Shown here one piece after another: positions 21,564-29,986 of a stretch of DNA of 64,000 bases. How positions within the stretch are numbered: position 1 is the stretch's first letter; every line of letters starts with the position of its first letter. The notes under the pieces are model-generated. The model did not search any database. It saw nothing but the letters and a program-made list of their open reading frames with translations, and was not told the origin of the DNA. Both the position numbers and the translations under genes were made by a program. The stretch covers positions 248,001 to 312,000 of IMG/VR virus record IMGVR_UViG_3300032334_002567; one strand, 5' to 3'.

Positions 21564-22421
21564 AGATAAAATACATATAATAACAATGATGGGCCGGATT
21601 ACCTCCTGTTAGCATGGTGACTTCTATGGTTAAGATAAGGCCTATTAATTTTGTGAAGCAATATTAAATATATTGTACAAAAAAGACGTTATTAATTTTG
21701 TGAAGCATTATTAATAATGTCTATTATAAGCTAATCATATGAGATATCCACCGTTTTGTGTAGCTTTTCACATATGATCTGGGAGATGTTTAGAGAGAAT
21801 TTTTAAGCAGTATTTGTGAAGTTAATAAATAGAAAAAACCCGCCCATATATAGTTAACGCAACTAGTATATGGGCAGGGTCCTCTAACAAATAAACAAAA
21901 TACATTTAACAAACAAATTTGTGTAACATAAGGAACAGACGAGCATTTTAACATGAAGATTCATAAGGTTATTAACTTGTGTAGACATTTTATGATTATT
22001 GGGTGTGTAACCCACAATATTGATAAGTAAAGTGGTAGTTTGGGATCATAACCCACAATAAGACTATTTTTCGTATGTTATCAAAAATAAGCTATAATTT
22101 GAATAAAATAGTATTATTGTGAAATATGGGCCAGGTAGTGATGAATGGTTGGGCCTAGCCAGCCTTTGTTTGAACGCTTGTTCACCTCCCAGTTGCTGGG
22201 AGGATTCCATCCTTGAGCCCTTAATTCATCAAATTATATAAGCATCTATTGATGTTATTTTTATATTCTTTTGGTCTTTGGAATCTTTTCACAACCTTTT
22301 TGTGCACCTTTAATTGAATATAAATGGGAGTGAAAAGATTCCAACTTTACCGAGCGGGAAAGTTTGGAACATTGAGGCAGGGTTTCACCCTTAAATGTCC
22401 CGAGCGGGAAGTTTTGACCTA

Positions 22422-22534
22422 CCGGATCTGGGTAGGGACTTTGAAAAGTTCTTCTTTCTCAGTTCCGGATCTGGGTAGCGACTTTGAAAAGTTCTTCTTT
22501 CTCAGTTCCGGATCTGGGTAGCGACTTTGAAAAG
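22422..22534. repeat. 43-bp tandem direct repeat (about 2.6 copies)
   Basis: CCGGATCTGGGTAGSGACTTTGAAAAGTTCTTCTTTCTCAGTT at 22422, 22465 and partial at 22508. Confidence 0.9.
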
Positions 22535-22785
22535 GTTGTGTTCTTAATTTAAAATTAGCGGCAATAACTTTTTGGCACGCATCTGCAGCTCCGGATCTGA
22601 AAAAGATACGAATTGGAGATAACCTAAGTGTCAGGTTCTTTAAGGGTTGAGATTTTGAGGTTCTTTTGCTATGTGAATTGACCCCTCTTGACAGCGACCC
22701 CCTTTTGAGTGATGGTGTGTTGCGGTATTGGAGCCGCACATCATTTTTAGCAGTTTTACTTCTAGGATTCCCATGACAAGAAAAG

Positions 22786-23196
22786 GTGATAACTGTGAAA
22801 TCTCTTATGACGCAGGGCGAAGTAGAAGCCCAGATTGGCTCGACCGTCTTAAAATTCTATGCTGATATGTTTAGTCGTGGTCCTCATCATATTCAGGTGG
22901 ATGTGTATCGGTCATCTGCTGTGGTAATTACACAGAATAATTTCAATAAGTCTGAAAAGCAGATGATGGAACTTAGTCCACAGATGTTTAGGGATATGAG
23001 ATTTCGAATTATTGATTCAAATAGAGCTATTTTGAATGCTTTTATTGAGGCGGCTACTGGTGTGGTTGTGAATTGTTTTCATCATGATGTATCTGTCCTG
23101 ACAGGTGAAGAGGCGTTTATTTTTTCGTTGAAAGGTTCGCCGTCATATAGGCTGAATCATAATAATGGCAAAAGCCATACTAAATGCTTTGCCTGA
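22786..23196 (+). CDS. DUF2294 (MpsC-like) family protein
   Basis: TQGEVEA.I.....KF......RGP..I.V......E......L...IE..TGV.V...HHD.S..TGEE.FIFSL pattern. Confidence 0.8.
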   Translation: MITVKSLMTQGEVEAQIGSTVLKFYADMFSRGPHHIQVDVYRSSAVVITQNNFNKSEKQMMELSPQMFRDMRFRIIDSNRAILNAFIEAATGVVVNCFHHDVSVLTGEEAFIFSLKGSPSYRLNHNNGKSHTKCFA

Positions 23197-24065
23197 TTTA
23201 ACACTTTTTGAGTTAAAGGGTCCGGAAGGTCCACATGGAAAAGTTGAATGGTCCTAAAGGTCCGAAAGGGCCGAAGGGTCCAAAAGGACTTTTCTTGTCT
23301 AATTTTAAATTTGTGTACTGCCCGGATCATCTTTTATACGTTCAGCGCATATCTATATGTCAAAGAAACATGATCTAGGTACATGAAAGATCATGTTTTT
23401 TCGGATAAGTGAGTAAACCGGGTTGCTAAAAAATGAACACTTAAGTGCTTACTGGCATTAGACTTGTGAATATTCTTGCAATGCTGTAAGAATCTGTAAC
23501 CTCCTTATTTTATTGGGGTTATGGCTTGCAAAAATCATGAAGCAATTCCCAGATCTGTTCGTAGTCCTTTATTTGGTTTTTCCCGTTCGGGAATATCGGC
23601 TCTTAAGGGCTTATTTTTTCCCGTTCGGGAGTATTTTGTGAAGTTCTTTTGGACAACCTTGGGTCAGGGCTCTGAGAAAAGATGTTCTTTGGGACAAATT
23701 GTGGACGTGACCATAAGAGATAAAATGAAAACGCCCCCTTGCAATCATCAGTAAGAGTTGAGTTTTGACTGATTATTGGTCTTTTTGATTAAAATTGGTT
23801 TGAAAATTGTGGATTATCAGTAATTATCAGTTGAAACGGAGGTTGTGCAGGCTGAAAAGATGGATTTTAAGACCAACGGACTATGTGCCCATAAGAAAAG
23901 ATGGTGGTTTTTTCCTTTGATTGGTTATTTCCCGAGAAAAGAAGGTTTTTTGGGTCTTGACAGAGTTGGTCAAGGGGTGTGAAAGTTGATTTGTACCCAA
24001 TGGGGGCAATTTATTTGTACCCTAAGGAGATAGGGTATCGAGTAATTTAAAATTAGGGAGGGTTT

Positions 24066-24308
24066 ATGGATGATTCTGAGGCGGTTCGTCGTGCAATGGT
24101 GGAAGAGATCAATAGTTCGCCGGGGGATAGGGCTGAGTTGGAGGCTAGGTATGGGCAGGTGTGGGATACTTCGGAGCTTGGTCGTGATTTTGAGGTGGTG
24201 AGTTTTGCTGCTCCGTTGGTGATTGCTAGGAATAAGGCTACCGGAGAGGTTGGTTCATTGTTTTTCCAGCACATGCCCCGGTTTTATTGGGGATGGAAGG
24301 CTGACTAA
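24066..24308 (+). CDS. hypothetical phage protein
   Basis: GGAGG RBS; WDT.EL..DFEV..F.AP.V......G..GSL.FQH.PRFY. Confidence 0.75.
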   Translation: MDDSEAVRRAMVEEINSSPGDRAELEARYGQVWDTSELGRDFEVVSFAAPLVIARNKATGEVGSLFFQHMPRFYWGWKAD

Positions 24309-24325
24309 TTCCAAATTATACGAAA

Positions 24326-24353
24326 TTGACATTTTGATTGTACCCTATAGACT
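24326..24353 (+). promoter_or_regulatory. sigma70-type promoter with TTGTACCCTA inside the spacer
   Basis: TTGACA-16 bp-TAGACT upstream of the ruvB-like gene and array 1. Confidence 0.65.
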
Positions 24354-24379
24354 TGTTTCGTATAAAAGCAGGAGGTTCT

Positions 24380-25465
24380 ATGATTCCACAGGGTGAGTTG
24401 ATTTTCTGGGGGCCGAAGCATGAGGACAATCTTCCTATGCCTAGTAGGGAGGATAGGTTGAAGCGGGTGGACTCTGGCAATCCTTCTAGTCCGTTTAGCC
24501 GGTTCGTTGGTAATGAGCGGGCTGTTCGGAAGATGCAGGCTGCTGTGTATAGTGCGTTGGGCCGTCCGAATCATATCCAGCGTGATTTGGCGTTTGCCAT
24601 CTTTGGGCCTGCGTCTAGTGGCAAGACTACTTTGGCTCGGCTTTATGCTGATTCTGTAGAGTTGCCGTTGGTGGAGGTTAGTCCCAAGAGTATTCGGACT
24701 ACGGATGATCTTTTGGAGTTCATTCGTGCGACTTTGCTGGAGACAGAGGTTCCGTTGGTGGATTGTGGTACGGATCAGTTTGTGTTGCCTCCGATGGTGG
24801 TGTTTATTGACGAGGTTCATGCACTGAGTCGTTCGGTGGTGGATGGTCTGTTGAAGGCTACGGAATATAAGGATGCCATTCTTGTGACGGACGGTGGTTC
24901 AACCGTTGACTGTCATAACGTGACATGGATGATTGCGACAACGGATGAGGGTCGGTTGTTTGATGCGTTCCGTACTCGTTTTAGCCCGATTATGTTGCAG
25001 TATTTGACTAAGGCCGAAGTGGCGAAGATTGTTAGCATGGCTCATAAGGATTTGCCTTCTGAGGTGTGTATGTTGGTGGCTCACTATAACAGTCGGATTC
25101 CCCGTAAGGCTTTGGAGTTTGCTAGGTACATGAAGATGGTTCGTGATATGCACCCTGAGATGACTTGGGAGGACGTTGCCCGTCAGGTTGCTGGTGATGA
25201 GGGGATTGACGAGTATGGGATGCAGGAGCTTCATTTGAAGGTCTTGCGGGCTTTGGGTCAGGGGCCGGTTGCTCGTAATCGTATAAGTTTGGTTGTGGGC
25301 AGGAAGATTGAGGAAGTGGAGCGGTACATCATGCCGTGGCTGTTGAGTGAGACAGAGGATCAGCCTGCGATGGTTACTGTGTCGAGCAAGGGCTATGTGA
25401 TTACTAGGGCTGGGCTTGACGAATTGGAGAAACGTGGTATAAGCTATGTGGCTGAAGCTGCGTGA
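24380..25465 (+). CDS. ruvB: RuvB-like Holliday junction branch migration AAA+ ATPase
   Basis: F..FVGN, GPASSGKTTLA (Walker A), FIDEVHAL (Walker B), ATT..G.L..AFRTRF, PR.A, GID..G...GP...E.Y..P.L C-terminal winged helix; AGGAGG RBS before ATG 24380. Confidence 0.8.
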   Translation: MIPQGELIFWGPKHEDNLPMPSREDRLKRVDSGNPSSPFSRFVGNERAVRKMQAAVYSALGRPNHIQRDLAFAIFGPASSGKTTLARLYADSVELPLVEVSPKSIRTTDDLLEFIRATLLETEVPLVDCGTDQFVLPPMVVFIDEVHALSRSVVDGLLKATEYKDAILVTDGGSTVDCHNVTWMIATTDEGRLFDAFRTRFSPIMLQYLTKAEVAKIVSMAHKDLPSEVCMLVAHYNSRIPRKALEFARYMKMVRDMHPEMTWEDVARQVAGDEGIDEYGMQELHLKVLRALGQGPVARNRISLVVGRKIEEVERYIMPWLLSETEDQPAMVTVSSKGYVITRAGLDELEKRGISYVAEAA

Positions 25466-26198
25466 ACCAATAAGTTCGATTTTGCACACTGAAGAAGTGA
25501 ACCACTTCCATAGATTTAGCAAGTTCTGTGAGTGAACCACTATAGGGAATTTTACACAAAGCCGTAGTGAACCTTGGATGATGATTTTATATTCGCACTG
25601 AGTGAACCATTAGAAGAGATTTTACATGCCCCACGAGTGAACCATTGAAGCCGATTTTACATGATGAAATAGTGAACCACGGTTTAGGATTTTACATTTT
25701 GACAGAGTGAACCAGCCTCGAAGATTTTACACTGAAGTTGAGTGAACCAGGGACCGGGATTTTACATGGGATCCACAGTGAACCAAGTGGTACGATCTTA
25801 CAGTCAAGAAGAGTGAACCATCAAAAGCAATTTTATAGCGACGTTGAGTGAACCAGACTTTCGGATTTTACATCACGACCGAGTGAACCATATCCGCTGA
25901 TTTAAATAACGGAAAAGAGTGAATCACGCAATACGATTTTTAACACAACGCCCGAGTGAACCAAGAAAACGGATTTCAACATAATCCGATAGTGAACCAT
26001 TGGGCATTTTTTTGCAATGAGAGCGAGTGAACCAAATAGATCGATTTTACATACCGTGCGAGTGAACCAGGGGAGAAGATTTTATAGGTTTGGAGAGTGA
26101 ACCGTGTAGATCGATTTAGCATACAGTTCGAGTGAACCAATTCTTCAGATTTTACATGATGAGTAAGTGAACCATAAATTTGATTTAGCATAAAGGAA
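25460..26198 (+). ncRNA. TIGR-like dual-repeat guide RNA array 1 (about 21 units of 35 nt)
   Basis: alternating (G)AGTGAACCA and GATTTTACA repeats separated by unique 8-nt spacers; edge repeats at 25460, 25495, 25530 ... 26130, 26165. Confidence 0.88.
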
Positions 26199-26209
26199 TT
26201 GTACCCTAT

Positions 26210-26539
26210 ATGGATGCTCGGGTAGCTTTGCATACCATGATGTTGGCACTTGGGCGTGAAGGAGCGACTCCGATGGTCAGGATGGAGTCTGGGTACAGTA
26301 TCAAGAACAACAAGTTCCTAAAAAGATTAAAGAAAAAGTTTAAGAGGCACGGGCCGTGCAGGGTTCCAGAATATGAAGATTATTTTCTTCTAAGTTCGGA
26401 ACCTTATTTTGTTTATAAATATGCGGAGATTATTGGTGCAAACAAAATGCCTGAGCCTTTGCATCGAAAGATGTTAAGTTTTGCTATTATGAATCCGAAT
26501 AATTATTATGTGAAGCGTTATTTAAGTCAAAGGAGTTGA
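26210..26539 (+). CDS. phage helical-repeat family protein
   Basis: C-terminal YA......MPE.LHRKML......NNYYVK.Y shared with paralogs. Confidence 0.6.
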   Translation: MDARVALHTMMLALGREGATPMVRMESGYSIKNNKFLKRLKKKFKRHGPCRVPEYEDYFLLSSEPYFVYKYAEIIGANKMPEPLHRKMLSFAIMNPNNYYVKRYLSQRS

Positions 26540-26543
26540 GAAG

Positions 26544-27377
26544 ATGCCTTACCAGCAAAGATTTTTGGTTTTGGATGGCAGCGAAACTTTTAATTATAAT
26601 AGGGCTTCTTCTGATGTTAAGAGTAAACAACCAGCGGCTAAGTTTTGTCCCATTCTTCTGAGTGTTCCAGATAATATCTTCTCAAATTGTAAAAACATTG
26701 AGGATCGTCTTGAAGATTGGGTGAAGAAGGTTTACGCCCAAAAGAATGAATTGCAGCTTTGGTCTGGACATATGTTGGTTGTAATGACAGAGGAGCAGTG
26801 TAGTTCTAATCATCAGATGAATCTTGTATTTAATAGTTATAATTGGAATAATGTTTTACCTTCTTGGCTGAATGTTCCTACTGATGCTACTACAGCAATT
26901 ACATTTGTTAAGGATGTTGGCGTTAATCTTCCTGAGTTTGAGCCTGTAATTAGTCAAGAATCAAAGACAAGTTACGAGTACGCTATTATCTTGAGGAAGA
27001 GATTTGAGATGGGAGAACCGGCTATTGCTAAGGATGCTGGTTTGAGTTGTCGTTATGCTAAGGAAATTATTGGTGGTAGGTTTTTGCTTGGAGAGCCTAC
27101 TATTGCCCAGCATGAACGTGCTGCTGACTTGTATGCTGAGAAGATCAGGGAGTGGCGTTTGTGGGGAGAGTTCAGTCATGAAACCCTGATGACGAGTCCG
27201 GTTTGGATGTATCATTATGCCAAGGATTTTTGTGGAGGTCGTTTGCCTGAGAATCTCCATAATCGGATGTTGATGATGAGTGTGATGGAACCGAATAATT
27301 ATTGGGTGAAGCGGTATAGTGCCAAGAAGTATCAGAAGAAGAAGCGGGCGCCAAAAGCTAATTTAGAAAATGCTTGA
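26544..27377 (+). CDS. phage helical-repeat family protein
   Basis: YA..I...RF..GEP.IA repeats; GRLPENLHNRML...NYWVK. Confidence 0.75.
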   Translation: MPYQQRFLVLDGSETFNYNRASSDVKSKQPAAKFCPILLSVPDNIFSNCKNIEDRLEDWVKKVYAQKNELQLWSGHMLVVMTEEQCSSNHQMNLVFNSYNWNNVLPSWLNVPTDATTAITFVKDVGVNLPEFEPVISQESKTSYEYAIILRKRFEMGEPAIAKDAGLSCRYAKEIIGGRFLLGEPTIAQHERAADLYAEKIREWRLWGEFSHETLMTSPVWMYHYAKDFCGGRLPENLHNRMLMMSVMEPNNYWVKRYSAKKYQKKKRAPKANLENA

Positions 27378-27401
27378 CAAGTCTATTATCTGTGGTATAA
27401 T
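27374..27401 (+). promoter_or_regulatory. strong sigma70-type promoter of array 2
   Basis: TTGACA-16 bp-TATAAT with extended TGn. Confidence 0.85.
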
Positions 27402-27407
27402 GGTTTT

Positions 27408-27555
27408 AACCAAGGTAGTCGATTTTTTAAGTTCAAATAGTGAACCATATTGCCGGATTTTATATCAGGCTGAAGTGAACCATAGCAAAGGATTTTGCAT
27501 CGGCTGAAGAGTGAACCATCGCCCAGTGATTTCAACAAGATCAACAAGTGAATCA
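27408..27555 (+). ncRNA. TIGR-like array 2 (about 4 units)
   Basis: AACCA-aggtagtc-GATTTTTTA-agttcaaa-TAGTGAACCA-tattgccg-GATTTTATA-tcaggctg-AAGTGAACCA-tagcaaag-GATTTTGCA-tcggctgaa-GAGTGAACCA-tcgcccagt-GATTTCAACA-agatcaac-AAGTGAATCA. Confidence 0.85.
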
Positions 27556-28085
27556 TGAATCTGAAGTTTGGCATTAAACCGAGTGACGACGATTGGACGG
27601 CAGAAAAAGAGCTTTCTTATAAAGCTGCTAAGGCTGCTTTTCAAAAGTTTTTTAATGGTGAAAAATTAAGTCGTGAATTAGAGAAGATTATTGCGTCAGA
27701 CGCTACTTGGAGCTGTCAGTATGCTGCTGCATTAAAGGATAGGTTTATACTGGGCGAACCTATTATTGCTTCTAAAGCGAGAACAGCAGGTTGGTATGCT
27801 CGTCATATTATCCGGGGTCCGTGGCCTGAAGGCGAGTCTGGAATATCCCAAAGTGCATATTTCGTATGTGCATATATTTGTGATGTTTTAAACGGGAGCA
27901 GGGTATCTGATTTAATTCACAGAAATATGTTGGCTTTGCTTATAGAAAACCCATCAGATTATTGGGTGCTTGAATATATGCACTATAGAGAATGGCTTGA
28001 TGGTCACGTTGCAGAGCCTAGTTGGGTTCGTCAGGGAAATTGGAATTATGGCGGGGTTACGCAAGAATATTTAAATTCGAATTAG
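27555..28085 (+). CDS. phage helical-repeat family protein
   Basis: YA..L..RF.LGEP.IA, YA..II.GPWPEGE, IHRNML...DYWV. Confidence 0.75.
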   Translation: MNLKFGIKPSDDDWTAEKELSYKAAKAAFQKFFNGEKLSRELEKIIASDATWSCQYAAALKDRFILGEPIIASKARTAGWYARHIIRGPWPEGESGISQSAYFVCAYICDVLNGSRVSDLIHRNMLALLIENPSDYWVLEYMHYREWLDGHVAEPSWVRQGNWNYGGVTQEYLNSN

Positions 28086-28130
28086 GGCAAATGAATTGTA
28101 CCCTATGAAGTTATCGAAAGGAGATTTCTG

Positions 28131-28850
28131 ATGGACATTCTCACTGATAATTGGGTTCAAGTATTCCCTAATATGCTGCATTATGCTTCTAGGACTGGTG
28201 GGCGGGTTCCTGAATTTGAGCCGCTGTTTATTCAGGATGCTGATGCTGCTTCTAGCTATGCAGCTGGATCTATTCATGGGCGTTGGCCAGAAGCAGAAGA
28301 AATTATAGCTACTAATTCTGGTGCTGCTCTTAATTATGCCCGTAAAGTAATTGCGGGTAAGTGGGAACCCGGAGAGGCTGCTATTGCTACTAATCCTAAA
28401 GATAGCTACTGGTATGCCACTTATGTTCTCAAAGGCAGCTTCCCAGAAGGCGAAGCGGAAATTGCTAAACATCCTGACCTTAGTTTTGATTATGCAAGAA
28501 ATGTGATTTATGGTCGGTTTATTGCTGGTGAAGCTGAGATTGGCAAGTTAGAAGTCACTGGCTTTAATCCCAAGATGGCTTTAGATTATATGAATCTTTG
28601 GGTGAAGGGTAATTGGTCGGGTTGGACTGAAGATCAGATTCGTGTGTGTCCTTGTTGGCTGTATAACTATGCCAAGCAGCATTGTAAGGGTAGGCTTCCA
28701 GATAATCTTCATAATGCTATGCTGACATTTGGCATGACAATTAATGAGAATTATTGGGTGAAGAAGTATTTTAAGGCTGCGAAGTACCAGAAGAAGATTA
28801 AGCGGCGCAATCCACCGGAGATGGCTGCTCCTATTGTTATCCCTGATTAA
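28131..28850 (+). CDS. phage helical-repeat family protein
   Basis: four ~23-aa YA..V..G.W.E.E..IA repeats; GRLPDNLHNAML...NYWVK. Confidence 0.8.
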   Translation: MDILTDNWVQVFPNMLHYASRTGGRVPEFEPLFIQDADAASSYAAGSIHGRWPEAEEIIATNSGAALNYARKVIAGKWEPGEAAIATNPKDSYWYATYVLKGSFPEGEAEIAKHPDLSFDYARNVIYGRFIAGEAEIGKLEVTGFNPKMALDYMNLWVKGNWSGWTEDQIRVCPCWLYNYAKQHCKGRLPDNLHNAMLTFGMTINENYWVKKYFKAAKYQKKIKRRNPPEMAAPIVIPD

Positions 28851-28860
28851 GGAGTATTTT

Positions 28861-29046
28861 ATGAATCTATCCCCTCGGCAGTCTTTAGTTCTTAAGGCAA
28901 TTTTGGTTTATGTGGACAAAGATTTGAGTAATATCAATGATTTCTTCACCCAGTTTGACGGGGCATTTGTAGTTAATGGTGAAGACACTCAGCCCATTGA
29001 AGAATCTGAGATTATTGAGCTTTGGAGTTTAGCGGGTGGAAACTGA
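28861..29046 (+). CDS. hypothetical protein
   Basis: AAGGAG RBS before ATG 28861. Confidence 0.6.
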   Translation: MNLSPRQSLVLKAILVYVDKDLSNINDFFTQFDGAFVVNGEDTQPIEESEIIELWSLAGGN

Positions 29047-29539
29047 AAAAGTTATTTTTGATAATGACGAACATTCTATAACGGTTAAACCCGTTACGTT
29101 AATTTTCAATAATACTTATGGGGAGAGTGTATATCCTGAACGGGTAATGATTGATTCAAATATGACTTTGGATCATTTTAAAACCCTAAAGGAGATTGAT
29201 CCTTATACGGCTGCTTTTTTTAAATTTGTTGTGGATGATTATCCTCATCCTGTGATGAAGAGTTTTCTTGAGAAGTCGGCAATTGGATGTCGTCATTTAA
29301 TTGGATTGTTTTCTTTGAGCTTGGAGCTGCTGAGTCAACAGAAAAAGTTCGGTTGGAAGTATCCAGAGGCTAATCTTCATCCTAGACAACAGTTAAATTT
29401 AGCAGATGCTTTGATTGTTTTTGGGCAACCAGAGCGATTTGTTAAATTGGTGAAATATGTGCAAGCTGGGTTCTTTGACCAGTATCAAATGTGTGCAAAA
29501 GAATCTTGGCGTGATGAAGCGTTCAGGGTGATGTCTTGA
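29036..29539 (+). CDS. hypothetical protein
   Basis: 167-aa ORF, GGAG RBS. Confidence 0.65.
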   Translation: METEKVIFDNDEHSITVKPVTLIFNNTYGESVYPERVMIDSNMTLDHFKTLKEIDPYTAAFFKFVVDDYPHPVMKSFLEKSAIGCRHLIGLFSLSLELLSQQKKFGWKYPEANLHPRQQLNLADALIVFGQPERFVKLVKYVQAGFFDQYQMCAKESWRDEAFRVMS

Positions 29540-29563
29540 CATTAGTGTTTTCTGTGGTATACT
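29536..29563 (+). promoter_or_regulatory. sigma70-type promoter of the putative sRNA
   Basis: TTGACA-16 bp-TATACT with extended TGn. Confidence 0.8.
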
Positions 29564-29569
29564 GATCGG

Positions 29570-29766
29570 GCCGATCAAAACTTACCGTGCTTGTGCTGCT
29601 ATGGCATCCAGCAGAAACGGTGACTCAGCGGAAGGTAGTCGGCTGATCTGCCCGTAAGACTCCGGGCAGTTAGCTAAACGTCCGCAGTTCATAACACATT
29701 CACCCTCCGTCCTTTCTAATGTGTGTATGAATAGGTCTGCCTCCTCAAAAGAGGCAGACTTTTTTT
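29570..29766 (+). ncRNA. putative ~200-nt structured small RNA
   Basis: lies between a promoter and an intrinsic terminator, no convincing ORF; helices ACCGT/ACGGT, CTGCT/AGCAG, GCGGA/TCCGC, CTGCCCG/CGGGCAG, TTCATAACACATT/AATGTGTGTATGAA. Confidence 0.7.
29735..29766 (+). terminator. intrinsic terminator
   Basis: GTCTGCCTC-ctcaaaa-GAGGCAGAC followed by T7. Confidence 0.85.
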
Positions 29767-29809
29767 GTACCCTATAGTTTTGTGTTCTCAACTTTTTAGG
29801 AGCTAAACC

Positions 29810-29965
29810 ATGGCTAAGGATGATAAGCCCCAGTTCGATCCTGATAGTGATGATGAGTATGACTATCTCAAGGAGAATTGGGAACCGGGTGATGAGCCTA
29901 TGAATGATCGTCAGCGTCGTGAAAATGAACAGTTGGATGAAGAGTACCGTCGTAACAAGTTTTAA
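29810..29965 (+). CDS. small acidic protein (51 aa)
   Basis: AGGAG RBS; MAKDDKPQFDPDSDDEYDYLKENWEPGDEPMNDRQRRENEQLDEEYRRNKF; below the ORF-track cutoff. Confidence 0.65.
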   Translation: MAKDDKPQFDPDSDDEYDYLKENWEPGDEPMNDRQRRENEQLDEEYRRNKF

Positions 29966-29986
29966 TTTTACAAAAGGAGTTTAACT

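Noticed and set aside
23236-23379. Collagen-like GPKGPK mini-ORF
   Set aside because: Only about four triplets in a short ORF without a clear RBS; treated as a 9-bp DNA repeat.
25460-26198. CRISPR array
   Set aside because: The repeats are only 9-10 nt, come in two alternating types and are separated by 8-nt spacers; no cas genes are present.
25976-26233. Minus-strand ORFs over the arrays (also 27386..27574)
   Set aside because: Incidental frames; the 35-nt period is not a multiple of 3.
29633-29646. Array-2 spacers aggtagtc and tcggctga both occur in the sRNA (AGGTAGTCGGCTGA)
   Set aside because: They come from different units and are same-sense, and single 8-mers are expected by chance in 64 kb. 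Not accepted as self-targeting without a paired match.
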